64,000 bases of DNA from Felis catus (Eukaryota), in NCBI RefSeq assembly GCF_018350175.1, contig NC_058368.1:46378001-46442000 (forward strand), given 5' to 3'. Position 1 is the first letter of the stretch. Each line of letters opens with the position of its first letter. The notes under the pieces were generated by a model. That model saw only the letters and a program-made list of their open reading frames with translations, did no database searches and had not been told where the DNA came from. Below, one piece after another: positions 11,131-24,907 of this stretch. Made by a program: the position numbers and the translations under genes.

Positions 11131-14100
11131 AAACTGAGTGTAACCAAGATTTTATTTAAGCCGTCCATTTAAAAACTGTTCTATCATGTTTCTTACATGG
11201 TAAGAACCGATAGCTGCCAATGTAATTAATTCACATTTATTTAAAAAAAAAACAGTAAATTCTAATCTTGAGTTTATTCTCAGGAAATAAAGAATCTACA
11301 ATGTAAATATTTTCAAGGATTGGAGAATTCAAAATAGGAGCGTGAAAATGATTACGGATATGACAGATATGAAAAACCGTCTTGGTAGTTTGAATACAAA
11401 GGTATCAAGAGGTAGAATGAGTGTTGAATTTATGTTGTGGAAAATTGGTCCCAAGTTGGTTTTCCACTTCATCAGAAAGCACTTTTGTCTTGTATGCAAA
11501 CAGTTAATGAAGCATGCCAACACTGAATTGTTTTAACTAGTGTTAGAAATCCTTCACCTTTTTTCCTCTCTTTTTCTTTTTGGAAGTTTTAATACTAACA
11601 TAGTGAGACACCCTCAATTTCAGAGCCCGAGTCTATTTTTCAGATAGGACCAAAGAATAATTATTCATAATTTAAATATTTTTCATTTTCATTTATGAAT
11701 TATTCTCTAGTGAAAGGTAGCAAAAGATCCATCATTTCTGTTGCACAATAATAAGTGTGTGATGAGAATGATCTAGTCATTACATTTTCATCTAGAAGCC
11801 TACCTTCGGTTTGAGTATTTTGAAGCAGTGAGCCTTTTGATTTAATTTTTAAAGCTCTGGCAGGTGGCAAAATTTTGTTCCAACGACATTCGTGTGATTG
11901 GGAACAAAGGAATTCTTTCAAGAGGTTTGTGGTTTTACCTTTATACCACTTTCAAAGAAAATGGGATGATCATTTCTTTCATATTAAAATTAAAATAAAC
12001 ATAAGGGCAGGAAAAATTACACATTATAACAAATAATTGCACTTAAAAAAAGCTTTTCATAGATTTATTCAGACTGTACTTTATACCCATAAAAACACAG
12101 TGTTCAGCTGCATAACTTTTTCACAATATGATAATTTAATCCTTACACTGCATGTCTTCCATTTCATATTAAAAATTTCCACTTTAAATTCAATTGTGTG
12201 GGCTCATTATTATTTTGTATAAAATGTTATACCTTATATGCTATGATCTTCATATTAAGAGAGTTAGGTTGTAAAGTTACTAACCCATGTAATTCTAAAA
12301 TAGTTTCTCTAAATGCCTCAAATAAATGCATTTCTGATACCACTGTTACTTAGAAAAAAGATTGTTAAAAATATCGCACTAAAATATGTTTGACTTTAAA
12401 TGCCAGGTTTAAACTTCAATTATCATCAAATATGAATAGGGTTTGACTCTTAGAAGTTTGGTTCTTGGTGTTTTAATTCTAAGAAAACAAAAACTCTGGA
12501 TAAAAGTAACTAGTAGGTTATGATAAACTTGTTTTGCTAAGTATATACAAAAGTTTTCATCAGCAATAATATACATATTCCTGTTACATGGCTGGTGCCT
12601 TATGAAGAGTATTTAAAACACAATAAAATGCAAGATATCGACAAAATTCAGGAAGCATGTCAGGTGTACCATATTCAAAGGAACAGGGGTCAAATAAAAA
12701 CAAAGAATTTTTAAATGAGAAAATTTGAAAATTATTGTATTTCCCCCCTCATTTTATAAGACTCTGATGCCCAAAACTATAAAGAGACGAGTATTAACTC
12801 ATCATCATGCCAGTCTGCCATAATTTTCAAATTCATGGACAAAATCTGTATTATGAGTTAGAAATAACTTCAGTATATTTGTAATAACAGTTGATTTTAT
12901 GGGGTAAGACGTATATATTGTGAATTTATCCTCAAGAGAGATAAAGAGATAAAGCTGAACTGAGAATTTAGTCACTGACAAATCAGTCTTAGACACACAT
13001 CAGGGAAATGTTTTTCCTGAACGATAGGACTGGTTGATAACATGTATGCATATTCAAATCACATGAATAATGATAGCATCCACAGCCGACTCAGGCATCC
13101 ACATAAAACAGACCGGTTTCAAAAGACTTTCACACACATTAAAAATATTTCACTCATCAAACCTATTTACACAATGTTCCCATAGCCGTCTTACATGAGA
13201 GAAAATGGAAAACGTGGACTTGGCTATGAACACAAAGTACCGCTACTACAGAATGAGGATTCAAACTCAGAACTTCGGACTTGATAGACCATGATGCCTC
13301 CCAGATGACACTTTCACTCCAAATTAGACTCGTAGATGGTATTTAGTACCATACGGCTGCTGGGAACATTCTTAATAATAAGTTTTATTCTCAAGTCCTC
13401 AGATATCAATAAATCAATGAAAATATACACTTTAAAAAATGTTTCTGATTAGGTCAATAGTAATGATGAGGAATGTGATATTTCTGTTCATTTAACTGAA
13501 AACTAAATTATTCTAGAGTCAATAAGGACTAAAGTATAGAGGTACTTCAAAAGGAAAATGCATGGGCCGGAGGATGCCAAATTCATTCTCACTATTATTT
13601 TTCTATAATAATTATTTGGTAATCTGTGCCAATGAGAGAACAGGAGACTTTGCAAAACTTTAGATGCACAGTCCACCCCGTATTTACTGAATACATGTCA
13701 TGGAACATACAGGTCTAGTTTGGGAAAATAAAGGTAAAAAGGTTTGGGAGATATAACTGTATCTGCCTTTAAGAAGATACTGTGTAATTGAGGAAGATGT
13801 GAAACGAGTTCTAAGCCACATGGAGTTTGGGCAACAAGAAGAATGAATTGAGTTTTTTTTCTTTTGTTCTCTTTTAAACCTTGAAAAGCGAAAGGTAATT
13901 ATTCTTTCTTTAAAGCATGTAACATTTTACAACAGAGATACTGAACATTAATCCTATAGTAAAGTTTACTCTAAACCACGAATAATATGACAGAATATAT
14001 AATATGAAGTGGATTATATTATTATGTGCCCAGTCCATGGATGGGAACTCTAAAGACCAAAAAAATAGAAATACAAAATCTGCATCATCCATAGCCCTAG

Positions 14101-15055
14101 ACCAGAAAGCTGATCCTGTTTTGTCACCACGGCAGGTTATAATTGCATTTATCTTAATTTATATACATGCACACACACATATGTATATAAAAATATATGT
14201 GTGTATCACAATGATATCTACATTTTGCTATATGTCAATATTTTCCTAGTGCTGCATACACACTATAAACAAGGAACCATTTTTCTTTATTCTAGATTGA
14301 AGGCTGAGAGAGATATATAAGAGCTATTGTTCTAGCAAACACAACTATCTAAACACAATGTGAAAAAAGGTATATTACTGAAAAACCATTCTTGATTTTA
14401 AGTTAGGAAAAAAATTCTCATAATAATTAATATACTTTCGGGTACCTTCAGAGAATATTATACACAAAAGAGAAAAAAGAAACACATTCTCTATAAATCT
14501 AAAGACAGAAAACAAATATTCAACTTTGTTTTCAAAGTCTGGACAATCCACTCCGATGAGATACCAAAATATACAATAAAAATAAAAAGCAAAACCACCT
14601 GGATAGAAAAGAAAAAAGTATTCTTATTTTCAGGTGATATGATTGTCTTTCTAGAATTTTCAAGTTGAAAAAGACAGAGTTTGGACACAATAATAGGATT
14701 CTGTAAACTGTTTTAACCACTAAGCATAATCAAAAGGTAATACCTACCTACTTTGATATGACATGAGAAGTAGACAACAAAGCAAAAATACTTGTATGTT
14801 TTATGGAGGCTTATAAAAATCATATTCTAAGGTATATTCTTGTAAGGCAATATTCTTCTATACGAAACATGAAAGTAATGATGGTCACGTACCTTCAATT
14901 CGAGGCCAAGCTTATATCCCTTATTCGGATATTAAAGAGGTGGCAAAAATTGTTTTTAGTAATTGGATGCTATTGTATATAAGAACAAACTAAAAAGCAT
15001 CTCCTAGTTGCCAAACCTGAATCTTAAAGAGACACCATCCATGTAAGTCACAGAA

Positions 15056-15165
15056 GCATATATATATATATATACGTATATATATATATACGTATATATA
15101 TATATACGTATATATATATACGTATATATATATACGTATATATATATATGTGTGTGTGTGTGTGT
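15056..15165. repeat. Compound [(TA)nCG]5 + (TG)n alternating purine-pyrimidine tract
   Basis: CG interruptions at 15075, 15091, 15107, 15121 and 15135. Confidence 0.95.
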
Positions 15166-17179
15166 CCACACGTGTGTATTTTTGCATACGCATGCACTGT
15201 AAAAATTCAATATATTGCTATAACACAGAGGCATAGAGTTTTACTATAATGGCAATTTTGCAATAATTTTTCCAGATGAATATTTTATACTAATTAGAAA
15301 TGTTCTTAAGTTTTGTTTGTTTAATAGGCACCTTCATTAAGCTTGGCAGTTATGGTATGAATAGTTCACTTATTTAATAACACTTAGTAAACAAGAAGCA
15401 AAAATATATTAAAAGCTCTCTTAACTGTCTCTAGAAATTCTGGTGTTAAATATACTGCACGACACATATCAAGAAAGGTCCTATGCAGATAAAACTTTAG
15501 GGAAGTTTTTAATTTCTGAAATATTTGATAGATTATGTTTCTCTGATCACTTGTCTAATGTAAACTAGGAGAGAAATCTAACCTCACAATAGCTTTTCCT
15601 TCTCTCTCTCTCTCTCTGACATTTGAGGCCCCTCCACACAAAGCAAATCACAGCCAAAATGAGATTATGACGCAATGATCTCGTTGCGAATGTTGCATTA
15701 TGGCTCAGGCAGCGCCTAAGCGGTCCCTCGGTACTTGTGCTTACAGAAATTTGAATTTCTCTGGTAGCTCAGTATGATTTATGGCATATTTCAGACTTTC
15801 TCTTCATCAAGGGAGAACACTGTCAAGTTCATGAGAGTTTTGCAACTAAGATGAAGGAGAGAAAGGAGAGCATTTTGAGTAAACAAGAATTTGTGGTTTG
15901 TTATAATTTGGGGCATTTAAAACTGAATTGGTTGCAAAATTATCTTTGACAGTTGTATTCAATATCATCTTGGGTACGGAATAGAAAAACCAATGGTGTT
16001 TATTAGTGAATCATCCGTGGACTTATTCAGCCTTCAATTCACATGCAAAGCACCTGTTTGAAAAACAAGTGCTAAGGTTTTAGTATTAATAGTAGAATAG
16101 ACCTTCAACAGGGACCCGTATAAAATTCTGCTGTTTATCTTTTTTGAAACTCCTGTTCTGGCAAACAGGTGGTTTCTTATACCTGCAGTATTTCATTTCC
16201 TCATGCACAGCTGTGTTAGAAAATGTTTGGTTTTTATGAACCACATGCCAGACTTGGCAATATTTTTATAACGGACAGGAAAAAGCAAATTGTATTGCTT
16301 CATTTATTTTTCCTTTACCAGCAATGTAAATTTTCAGATTTAATATTACATGTTTTCTTCATAGTCAACTTTTGTAATATAGGCAGCTGTTTCTCTAGAA
16401 ATATGGACAATAGCATGAATTCATCCCTAAATTCACATGCAAAATAAAACACTGCTGATGAAAGCTTTTTTTTAGGCTTCCTTTTTTATTATTATTCATA
16501 AAATTCCCTAGGTATGCATGGTACTTTATAGAGCATATAAAAAGACAAGGTCCCTGCCACAAAGGGTTTATAGCATAATCCAAGGAACATATCATATAAA
16601 CAGCTCAGATATAGAGAATGCATATTATTTGGGGGTCAATCATAGGAAGATGACTTAAAAATAGTTATTAAACAAGGATATAGAGTCACAAAAGACATTT
16701 TTGTTGTTACATCTTTTAGGTCAATTTGTTGGTCAAGGGTAAAAAACTGGAAAGTGATAAATAATAAAGTTGACAGGGTACCAACTCAAATTTTATTTTC
16801 AAATTCTCCACAGTCTATGAATGATGTCCCCAGAAATCTAAATACCTTAATATATTCTGTTCTTGAATCACCATAGTAACATCCTACCTCCCCTCTCCAA
16901 AATGTGGAAGTTGATTTGAGTGACTCGATACCATCTACTTAAGTTCTATTACATTATATAATCATAAAATTATATGCATCGAGAGCTTTTAATTCTAAGC
17001 CCTGCAATTCACCAACCTTAGAGTAAGATACATAAAGGTTACCTTACGTCTTCAAGTTCACTTGGATAGGTACTAGTAAAATTAAGCTGGAGATCAACTC
17101 CCTGGATTTCTTGTTTAATATATTTTTATTTTAAAGAATGAACCTTCTTCTTCCTATTGTAATAACCTGGAATAAACAC

Positions 17180-17320
17180 CAAAGTAGCAGACCAAACAGT
17201 GGGCCCCGCCTTCAGTTACACCACCTTAAAAGTCACAAAATGTCAGGCAAGAAATTATGTCCTCTGAGATTCAATTTACTCATCTGTAAAATGGAAATGC
17301 CAACAATATTAACATTTTAT
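17180..17320 (+). mobile_element. MIR fragment
   Basis: GGCAAGAAATTATGTCCTCTGAGATTCAATTTACTCATCTGTAAAATGGAAATG is the MIR core. Confidence 0.65.
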
Positions 17321-17794
17321 GTCTCAGATTAAATGAAAAGAAAAGGTAGATGTGAAAATGAGAATAAAAACTTTACATAGTAAAATCCTGGAATGCTGCA
17401 TTGAACAAAGGGCAGCTTGAACTCATCTCTGAAATGAAGGCAATATTCTAATTGGTAAGAGTATAGAGGAATTCCATGAGTAAAGAGACAGCCAGGAGTA
17501 ACATGGATATGGATACGTATGGCATTCTTGCCTAATACAGCACTCATTCATTAAACATTCATTCACAAATTTCTTAAGTTTTGAGTACTTACAACGATTT
17601 TTTTATTTATTCCTCCATGCATATAATCTAATTTTAATAGTGAATTTCTTAACAATTAGCTTATAAATTCTTTGGCAACTGACTTTTGTGAACCAGGTCC
17701 AGCGCACCACGACCTGCTGCCGAAAGGTAGACGTGTGCATACCAAATGCTAGCTCAAGGCTTCTTCTAGCTCCCAAATCCCACCATTTCCCTCC

Positions 17795-18700
17795 TGGAAT
17801 ATTTGTTGAACAACCATATGGTGACAATACATGCCAGTCTACGCAGCTAAGCCGGCCCTGCCCTCAGCAACCCGAGGGTCTCATGGAAGAGGATGGTCAT
17901 GAGGCAAAGAGACTTGCAAATAGAGATTATAAATCATTCAAAGCACTACAGAAAGAACAACATGGTATGGTAAAAATGGGTTGAGAGAACAGGACAGCTA
18001 ACAAATTTCACATTGAGGAAAGGACATTAGGCAGAAGGCCGGACGAGTAGGAGCTAGAAAAGTCATGAACAAAAAGAAAAGAGTCTCACTGCTTAGACTT
18101 AAGAAGACCCAGGGGAAGAAAGGTATGCAATGCATTTGGGGAACTGAGGAAATGTGAGGAGAGCATCAGGGGAAGAGGAACTCATAAGGGTTTTGAGAGC
18201 AGAGGTAGAGTACACTCCTTCTCGTGCAGGGTCTTCCAGACCATGCTAAGGAAGTTGAATTTTCTTCTAAGCATAATAAAAAGCCATTGAAGGTTTTCTA
18301 AAAGGAAAATTCCATTATTGAATTTATGCTTTATAATCATCACAGGAACTGTTATAAGGAGAGAGGAGTTAAAAGACAGAGTGAGATCGGGCAGGCTGGA
18401 TTAGGTAGGAGGTGCTAACTTGGGTTCCCACAATGGTAATGGATGCAATGGAGAGGGGACTATGAACCCTACACATGGTTTAGAAGAGGCATAAACAGAC
18501 ATAGTGATCTATTATAAATGAAAGGAGATGCAGGATAGGGGGAGAGATACATATGAAGTATGATTCTAAATGTTCTACATTGGGCATGTGGGTTTAAAAC
18601 AAAACAAAACAAGGTTGCTATTTACTGAGCTTGGGAAAGACAGAGTCAGAGTCTAGGCTGGGGCAAGAGATTGTATTTATTTATAATTCATTTTTCTTGG
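17795..18700 (-). mobile_element. L2 LINE fragment (degenerate)
   Basis: AATATTTGTTGAAC...CCCTGCCCTCAG...GACCATGCTAAGGAAGTTGAATTTTCTTCTAAG...AAGCCATTGAAGGTTTT are typical antisense L2 motifs. Confidence 0.6.
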
Positions 18701-20124
18701 GACCATATAAAAAGTCTATACAAAAGGTCTTGTATTGGATCTTTAAATGGAAGGGGGTGGTCTGTATCATTCAGAAGCAAGGAGAGGATATTAACACTAT
18801 CAAATTTAATTATTGGATTGCACAATTTTCTGAAGGATGAAAGCTACATGAATTCCATTGGTTCCATCAGTCCAGAGCTCACTGTTGTTAGATATGTTCT
18901 GAATAACATTAACTATTGCATATTTTCTACAAGAGCCATCTCAAGGAAATCGGTGTGACAATAGGTAGCACAGAGACTACTTGAGGAATCCTGAGATATA
19001 CCTTCACTTGATGTAATGTGCAATAACTAATGCATGGAGGGGAAAAATAGCTAAATTTATCATTAACCCCAAATATGATATAAAAACAGATAACAAGGGT
19101 AGAAATAAATAATAAAAGGTAGCATTAACATGAAACTGCCATAATCATAAAAATTCTCTCAAGATAGAAGGAATCATCTGGATCTATCAGTTAATAAAAA
19201 GGAAGTAACTATGTCTTTTGAAGATAATGTATAATTAAGATATTCACTTGTAACTACACTGGCATATCATAAATCATAAGAGTAAATGTAAAAAAATCCA
19301 TACATAAACTTTGGGAAATTATCCAAAATGATGTTTTAAGATTACCTCTAATTCATGGTAAATCTAAAGAAGTTGTAAAACTCAAACCATGAAATCACGA
19401 TTCCTATTGTTATGCCCACATGCATAGAAGCCAATATCCAATTTTAAAGTATAAACAAAATATAGCTTGCATTTAAAAGCTTCAAACTTATTTTCAATTC
19501 ATAAGTATAGGAATAATTTAAACCATTTTTGCACGTTATTTTATCTATCAATAGTAATTAACACAGTCTTAATCTGGCTAATGTTAATGACCACTGTTCT
19601 TCCATAAATCCCAGTTAAACCAAGCTTATTAAGGGCTAATTAAAGGAAGTCTTATGTGCACTGAATAAAGTAATGTCAGTTTTTAGAGTTGGAGTGCGTA
19701 TTTGTCTGATAACATGAGACAAAACTTTTCAATTAAAAGTTTACAGGCTGATTATCGATCTCTTAAAAAAATGTGCCAATGAAATAACTGACAACTTCTT
19801 TCTTTTCCTATGTGTACATGCTTTTTAAAAGTGTAGCTATGGCATCTAAATCTGGTAGCCTATTTCCTGAGCGTAAACTAGGCTCACACTGCAGCAAATC
19901 ATCAATAAAACACCCCGTGGATAAATATTAAATCAGAATCTACTAGTAAAGATTCTGGATAAGTAAGGAATGTTGAAGGTATATAGAGGAAAAAAATATT
20001 ATATATATAGTTTCAAATAATGTTGGGAATACTAGAAGCTCACTTCTTAGAAGATATTTGTGAGTGTGTATGTGTGTGTGCACGTGTGTGTGTACATTTT
20101 ATTATTTGATTTTTATTTTCTATT

Positions 20125-20370
20125 TAATAAATTTTTTACAGTGCTTACAAGGTGTCAGGTTGTATTCTGCGAATGAATTTAACCCAAATCATCTCCAAAG
20201 AAGCTGATGAAATATTTATAATTGTTATATGTATGACAGAGATGAGGAAACTGAGACACAGACGGAGTTGACACAAAAATGTCATAAGAGTAGTAGTAAA
20301 GAACAGAGCCATGCATTGCACCCAAGCAGTGAGGAACCAGGTTCCGTGTTCTCAACTCAACGCTGAACCA
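20125..20370 (-). mobile_element. MIR SINE
   Basis: ACAGAGATGAGGAAACTGAGACACAGA antisense MIR core, with the GTGCTTAC...GTGTCAGG end. Confidence 0.75.
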
Positions 20371-23300
20371 CAAAGTTGTACTGCTTCTCGGTTTTCACTT
20401 GTAAGTTCTCCTCCTTGTTTCCTCCCTCTTTCTCTCTCCCTCCATACCAACAACCCCACCAAAACTTCTTTGGAGGACAGCAGTAAATATTGAAGAGTAC
20501 TCACAAGTTTGAGGAAGTCTGAGGATTAACAGAAAAGAAACTGGTATATCAGTAGAAAGCCAGAGGCATGAAGATTAGTATATGTGAATCTCAGAATTTG
20601 GGGTCAAACATGACTTTACTGAGAGAGTACCTATGGTTGTAAGAAAGTGAAAATGATGTTCAACTGCATTGTGTTCAAGGTTTTCATTTTGTTTCATTTT
20701 CTTTTAACCTAAATCACAGGAAAATAGGCCATTAGGCTCTCAGTAGTGTAATAGGAGGCAAACATATATGCATATATCTTATATGTGTATATATGTTTAG
20801 AAAGTACAACATTTAAATGTTTGTTTCTAATATGGTTTTAGAGCTGGAATTTGGAGGCAAAACAGATGTGATTGTGATATTGAGGGACAAGATTTTCATG
20901 CAAACCTTTTTCTCAGATGCAACTTCTATTAGGCAATGAATTATTTCTACAAATTAAGTAGCACTGTCTACTAGACAACTTCCTTACCTATTTTTTCTAT
21001 CAATTTCTTTTTTTATTCATTATTTTTTCCACCTTTACTTCTCATCACTAGTGATTTTCATCTAATCAGAATCCTGGTTATTGACTAAATGTAATATTGC
21101 CTGTATTGCATAAGTTTATAAGGTGGAAATTTCAAACCACCAATCATTCCAGATTCCTAGGGAAATAAATAGATGTTGTACAATTATGGTAGAGATTTCA
21201 TCTCAAAAAGAAATGTTAACAAATAAGTAAGCATTCTGGCTCATCATACTTTGAAATATCACATTATTGTGCTTAATCACATCTTGAGAAAATCGCACAC
21301 GATAATAAAAGAACGGGAAGAGTAAAAGAGTTAAAAAGGTTCTGACTACTCTATGACTAAGTTTCACAGAAACTTCACACTACAAAATTATTATTAGAAA
21401 GTAGAGATCTAAATAAACTTTATATCCATTGTGTGTAAATTTATTTCTTATCAATCACAGGAAGTAGGGTAGGCACCATAAAGAGAAGATATTACCAGCA
21501 ACATTTTCAATCATGGGGCTATATATTCAAAAGCAATCAATAAAAAAAGTACAGGAACTGACAAACAACTAGCCAACAGAATCATTTTTCCTGAAATACT
21601 TAGCAGTAGCCTTTTAAAGTAATTGCTTGTGGTCAATGTTCCTCATATTTTGGTCTGCTTGCTTGTTAAAATAGAATGGATGTCATATCCATTAATTTTT
21701 TTAGCTGTCTGAGGAAGTTTTTTATACCTACAATCAACCATAGGAGGGCTATAATATTAACATATCTAAAAAGAAATCACCTTTTTGTCAGATTTATCAG
21801 TGTTGAAGGTCAATATATTTTTGTAAAGGAGGGGGGAAGAAAATATATAATTTCAGAAAAATATAAAAGGTATCATCCATAACTTTCTTGATAAAGATTT
21901 CTCTCTGGTGAAAGTAAAAACACTTCTTATTGTGAAGTAATCATTTTGAGAATTTATGTCTTTAAAAACATAACGTCTATGTGGGGGGGGGGGGGTTCAA
22001 TATCAACACAGATTAAGCCAATTATGGGACACATCTTTCTTAGTTGATGAGAGAACTCAGAAACTGCTGAGTTACACTTTGTGGTAAACATTTTGGAATG
22101 TTGCCAAAGCTGTTATAAACATTTCTGAGCTCACATTTCTAGGGAACTCTTTTAAAAATCAATTAGAAGTGAAAGTCTTTCAATGCTGGTGTTTTAAAAT
22201 GTCAAGCTTGTATTACTTTTTTTCCTTGTTGTGCATCAATGGCAATATTTCAAAACCTGTATATTAAATTGATTATATTCTATAATTAAGCTATTAAAGG
22301 GGATAGAATGTACAAGTGTTCTAAAATTCACACCACAGCAGAACTTGATTTTTTTTTAATGAAAATAAACCCAATTAGGTAAAAAAAAGAAAAATGGGAA
22401 AGGCAAAGGACAAAGTACAAGGTAAGAAGAAAGTATAAATGGCTACTCATATTTTATTTTAAAAGCATACTCAAGTATATTTATTGATTTTGAGCAATAT
22501 TTTTTAACATTACAGGTCAACAGGTTAAAACACTACATACTTTATTTGTGATCCCTGCATCAGGATTTTTAGAAAAAATCTAAATCTATTCTATGGACAA
22601 TGGAAAGGATTAGTTATAAGTCCAAATTTACAAGAAAAAGATCTATTCAATAATTTACTACAATTAGGATTACAATATTCATTTAAAAGCATACAATGTG
22701 AATATAAACGAATATCTTATATTCATATGTTTGAATATATGTATATACATAGCTGCTTTCTTATTAAAAAGGGATACTGTCACACCTTCCAAAGGCAGTA
22801 CCAATTTTCATGCACTAAAAAGAAAACCTAATTGTGTCATATACACAATGCTGTCATATAAAAGTACACATTTTAGAAAAAAATAAGATTAAAATCGGTG
22901 TCTACCAAAACATGTGCTCCTTTACCCAACAAATGAATCACAAACTTACTGTAGAGAGCAAGGGATTAAAATTCCTCATGTATGTGTAACAAACACATTG
23001 ATATTAATTGGTTTGTCCTTTCAAGTTGTGTTTATCTCTTCATTTCCATCACAGTTTCAAAGGTCACTCCATTCCATTTATAAATCCAATATGACAGAGA
23101 TTAGTAAAAGCAAAAAGCAACAACTAAATGAGTACATCATCATGCAATCACACATCTCACAATTCATTTATCCAATTAATAAAAAATACCATCAAATGCT
23201 TCGTGGTGAGTTTTTTCAAAGCATCAAAATGGTTCACGTCAAGATAACTTAATCACCAGCATTTAGTTTCCACAGTATAGCCAATGTAGAACACAGTGAG

Positions 23301-23453
23301 ATTACACCTCAGTGAAAGATAGCCAAATAAGGATTTCTGCAGTTTTAGAAAGTAAAATAATTAAGCAAATGTGTTTAGTTAATTTAGTTTATACCTGTAA
23401 AAAGTTAAGGAGAGATTCTTGAAAGCTGAAATACCAGGATATAAGTATGAGTG

Positions 23454-23455
<2 letters not shown>

Positions 23456-23492
<37 letters not shown>

Positions 23493-23532
23493 CAGAGAGA
23501 CAGAGACAGAGAGAGAGGAGAGAAAGAGAGAG
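23456..23532. repeat. (TG)n followed by (GA)-rich compound microsatellite
   Basis: Direct inspection. Confidence 0.95.
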
Positions 23533-24864
23533 ATCTACCTATCTAATTGCTAAGGCCATATATTATCAAGAAGAGGAATCTGAATCTAAAGGAATAAAAA
23601 TAGTGCTCTCATTTATTAAGAGAAATAAGAAATTTTGTAATCCTAATGCTCATTTGATGTACTAATTTTTTAAAAATTCTAGAATGTGACCTTTCCTCTT
23701 GATGTAGGCACAGGTTATTATTATCCAATAATAGATATGAAAGAACAAAAAGAAAGTAAATACATACCTGTGTGCATTAAACTCTAGAAGGCTGACACTG
23801 AGCTTGCTAAAGAAAATCACTGAAAACAATTTGAGCATCCTGATAAGATTAGCATTTTTTCACCTTGATATTTTTACATAACAGAATATTGGACTTATAT
23901 TTCCAATATATATACCTGTTGTTTTAATAAGCTCTGCTCCAAAAATGTAGTTGAGTTATCCAAAAGTAAAGAATGAGAGAGGAAAAACGGAACAACACAA
24001 GCAAAAGCAAGATATCCCAGAGAGAAGAGAGCTCAGAAGACCCTAGAACACAATTTCAAGCACTAAGATATATTATGGAGAAATAAAGAAAATCAATCTA
24101 TTTCTAAAAAGCAGACTAAAACACATAGAACTACTTGATTAACAGATTGCTATAAATGATACAGACTTTTTTGTTTCTAAGACAAACATGAATGAAATAG
24201 AAACAATTGAAACTGGTTTCAGAAATCCTTTTTTTCTCCCATATCCATTATATGGATCTGTATCTCATAAAACATCACAGATTTAGAATCCTAAGGCAGA
24301 ACAGAGAATGATCAGAAGGTCACTGGGTTTGAAAGTACCCTTGAATCCCTCAAATGGCACACACATAATGCCTGAGTATAAACTATTAATCACCATATTA
24401 GATCTGATAAAGTCATATCACCTTTATATTTGTTTATTAATTTATGCTTTGTTGCATGATTTTGTGTGTGGAGTGAGTTTGTTTTGAGCTCAAGCTATCT
24501 TTTTAAGCTACATATATTTTGGGGGAAAAGTTTAAGTAAAAATGTGATTATTAAATGTTCTCTAAATATAGTGAAGCTTTCTTTCCCTGAATATCCTGAC
24601 ATGTAATACATTGTACAAAACAGAGACTTTTCCCAAATATCCCAATCAATGTAGCTGTACATGTAAAATTTCACAGGGATAACTTGCCTTTTGAATTTTC
24701 ATTTAGGAAAAACACAAAACTTTCCTGTGAATTCCTGAACTCCTGTAATGTTGCAAGAACTCAATTGATAAGAAGACTTAAATATGTGCCAAAAACATGC
24801 ACAATGTTGATAAAAATACAGAGCTCACATTTTCTTATAATTTGTTCTAACTTCTCAATACCTG

Positions 24865-24867
<3 letters not shown>

Positions 24868-24905
<38 letters not shown>
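24868..24905. repeat. (AC)n microsatellite
   Basis: Direct inspection. Confidence 0.95.
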
Positions 24906-24907
<2 letters not shown>

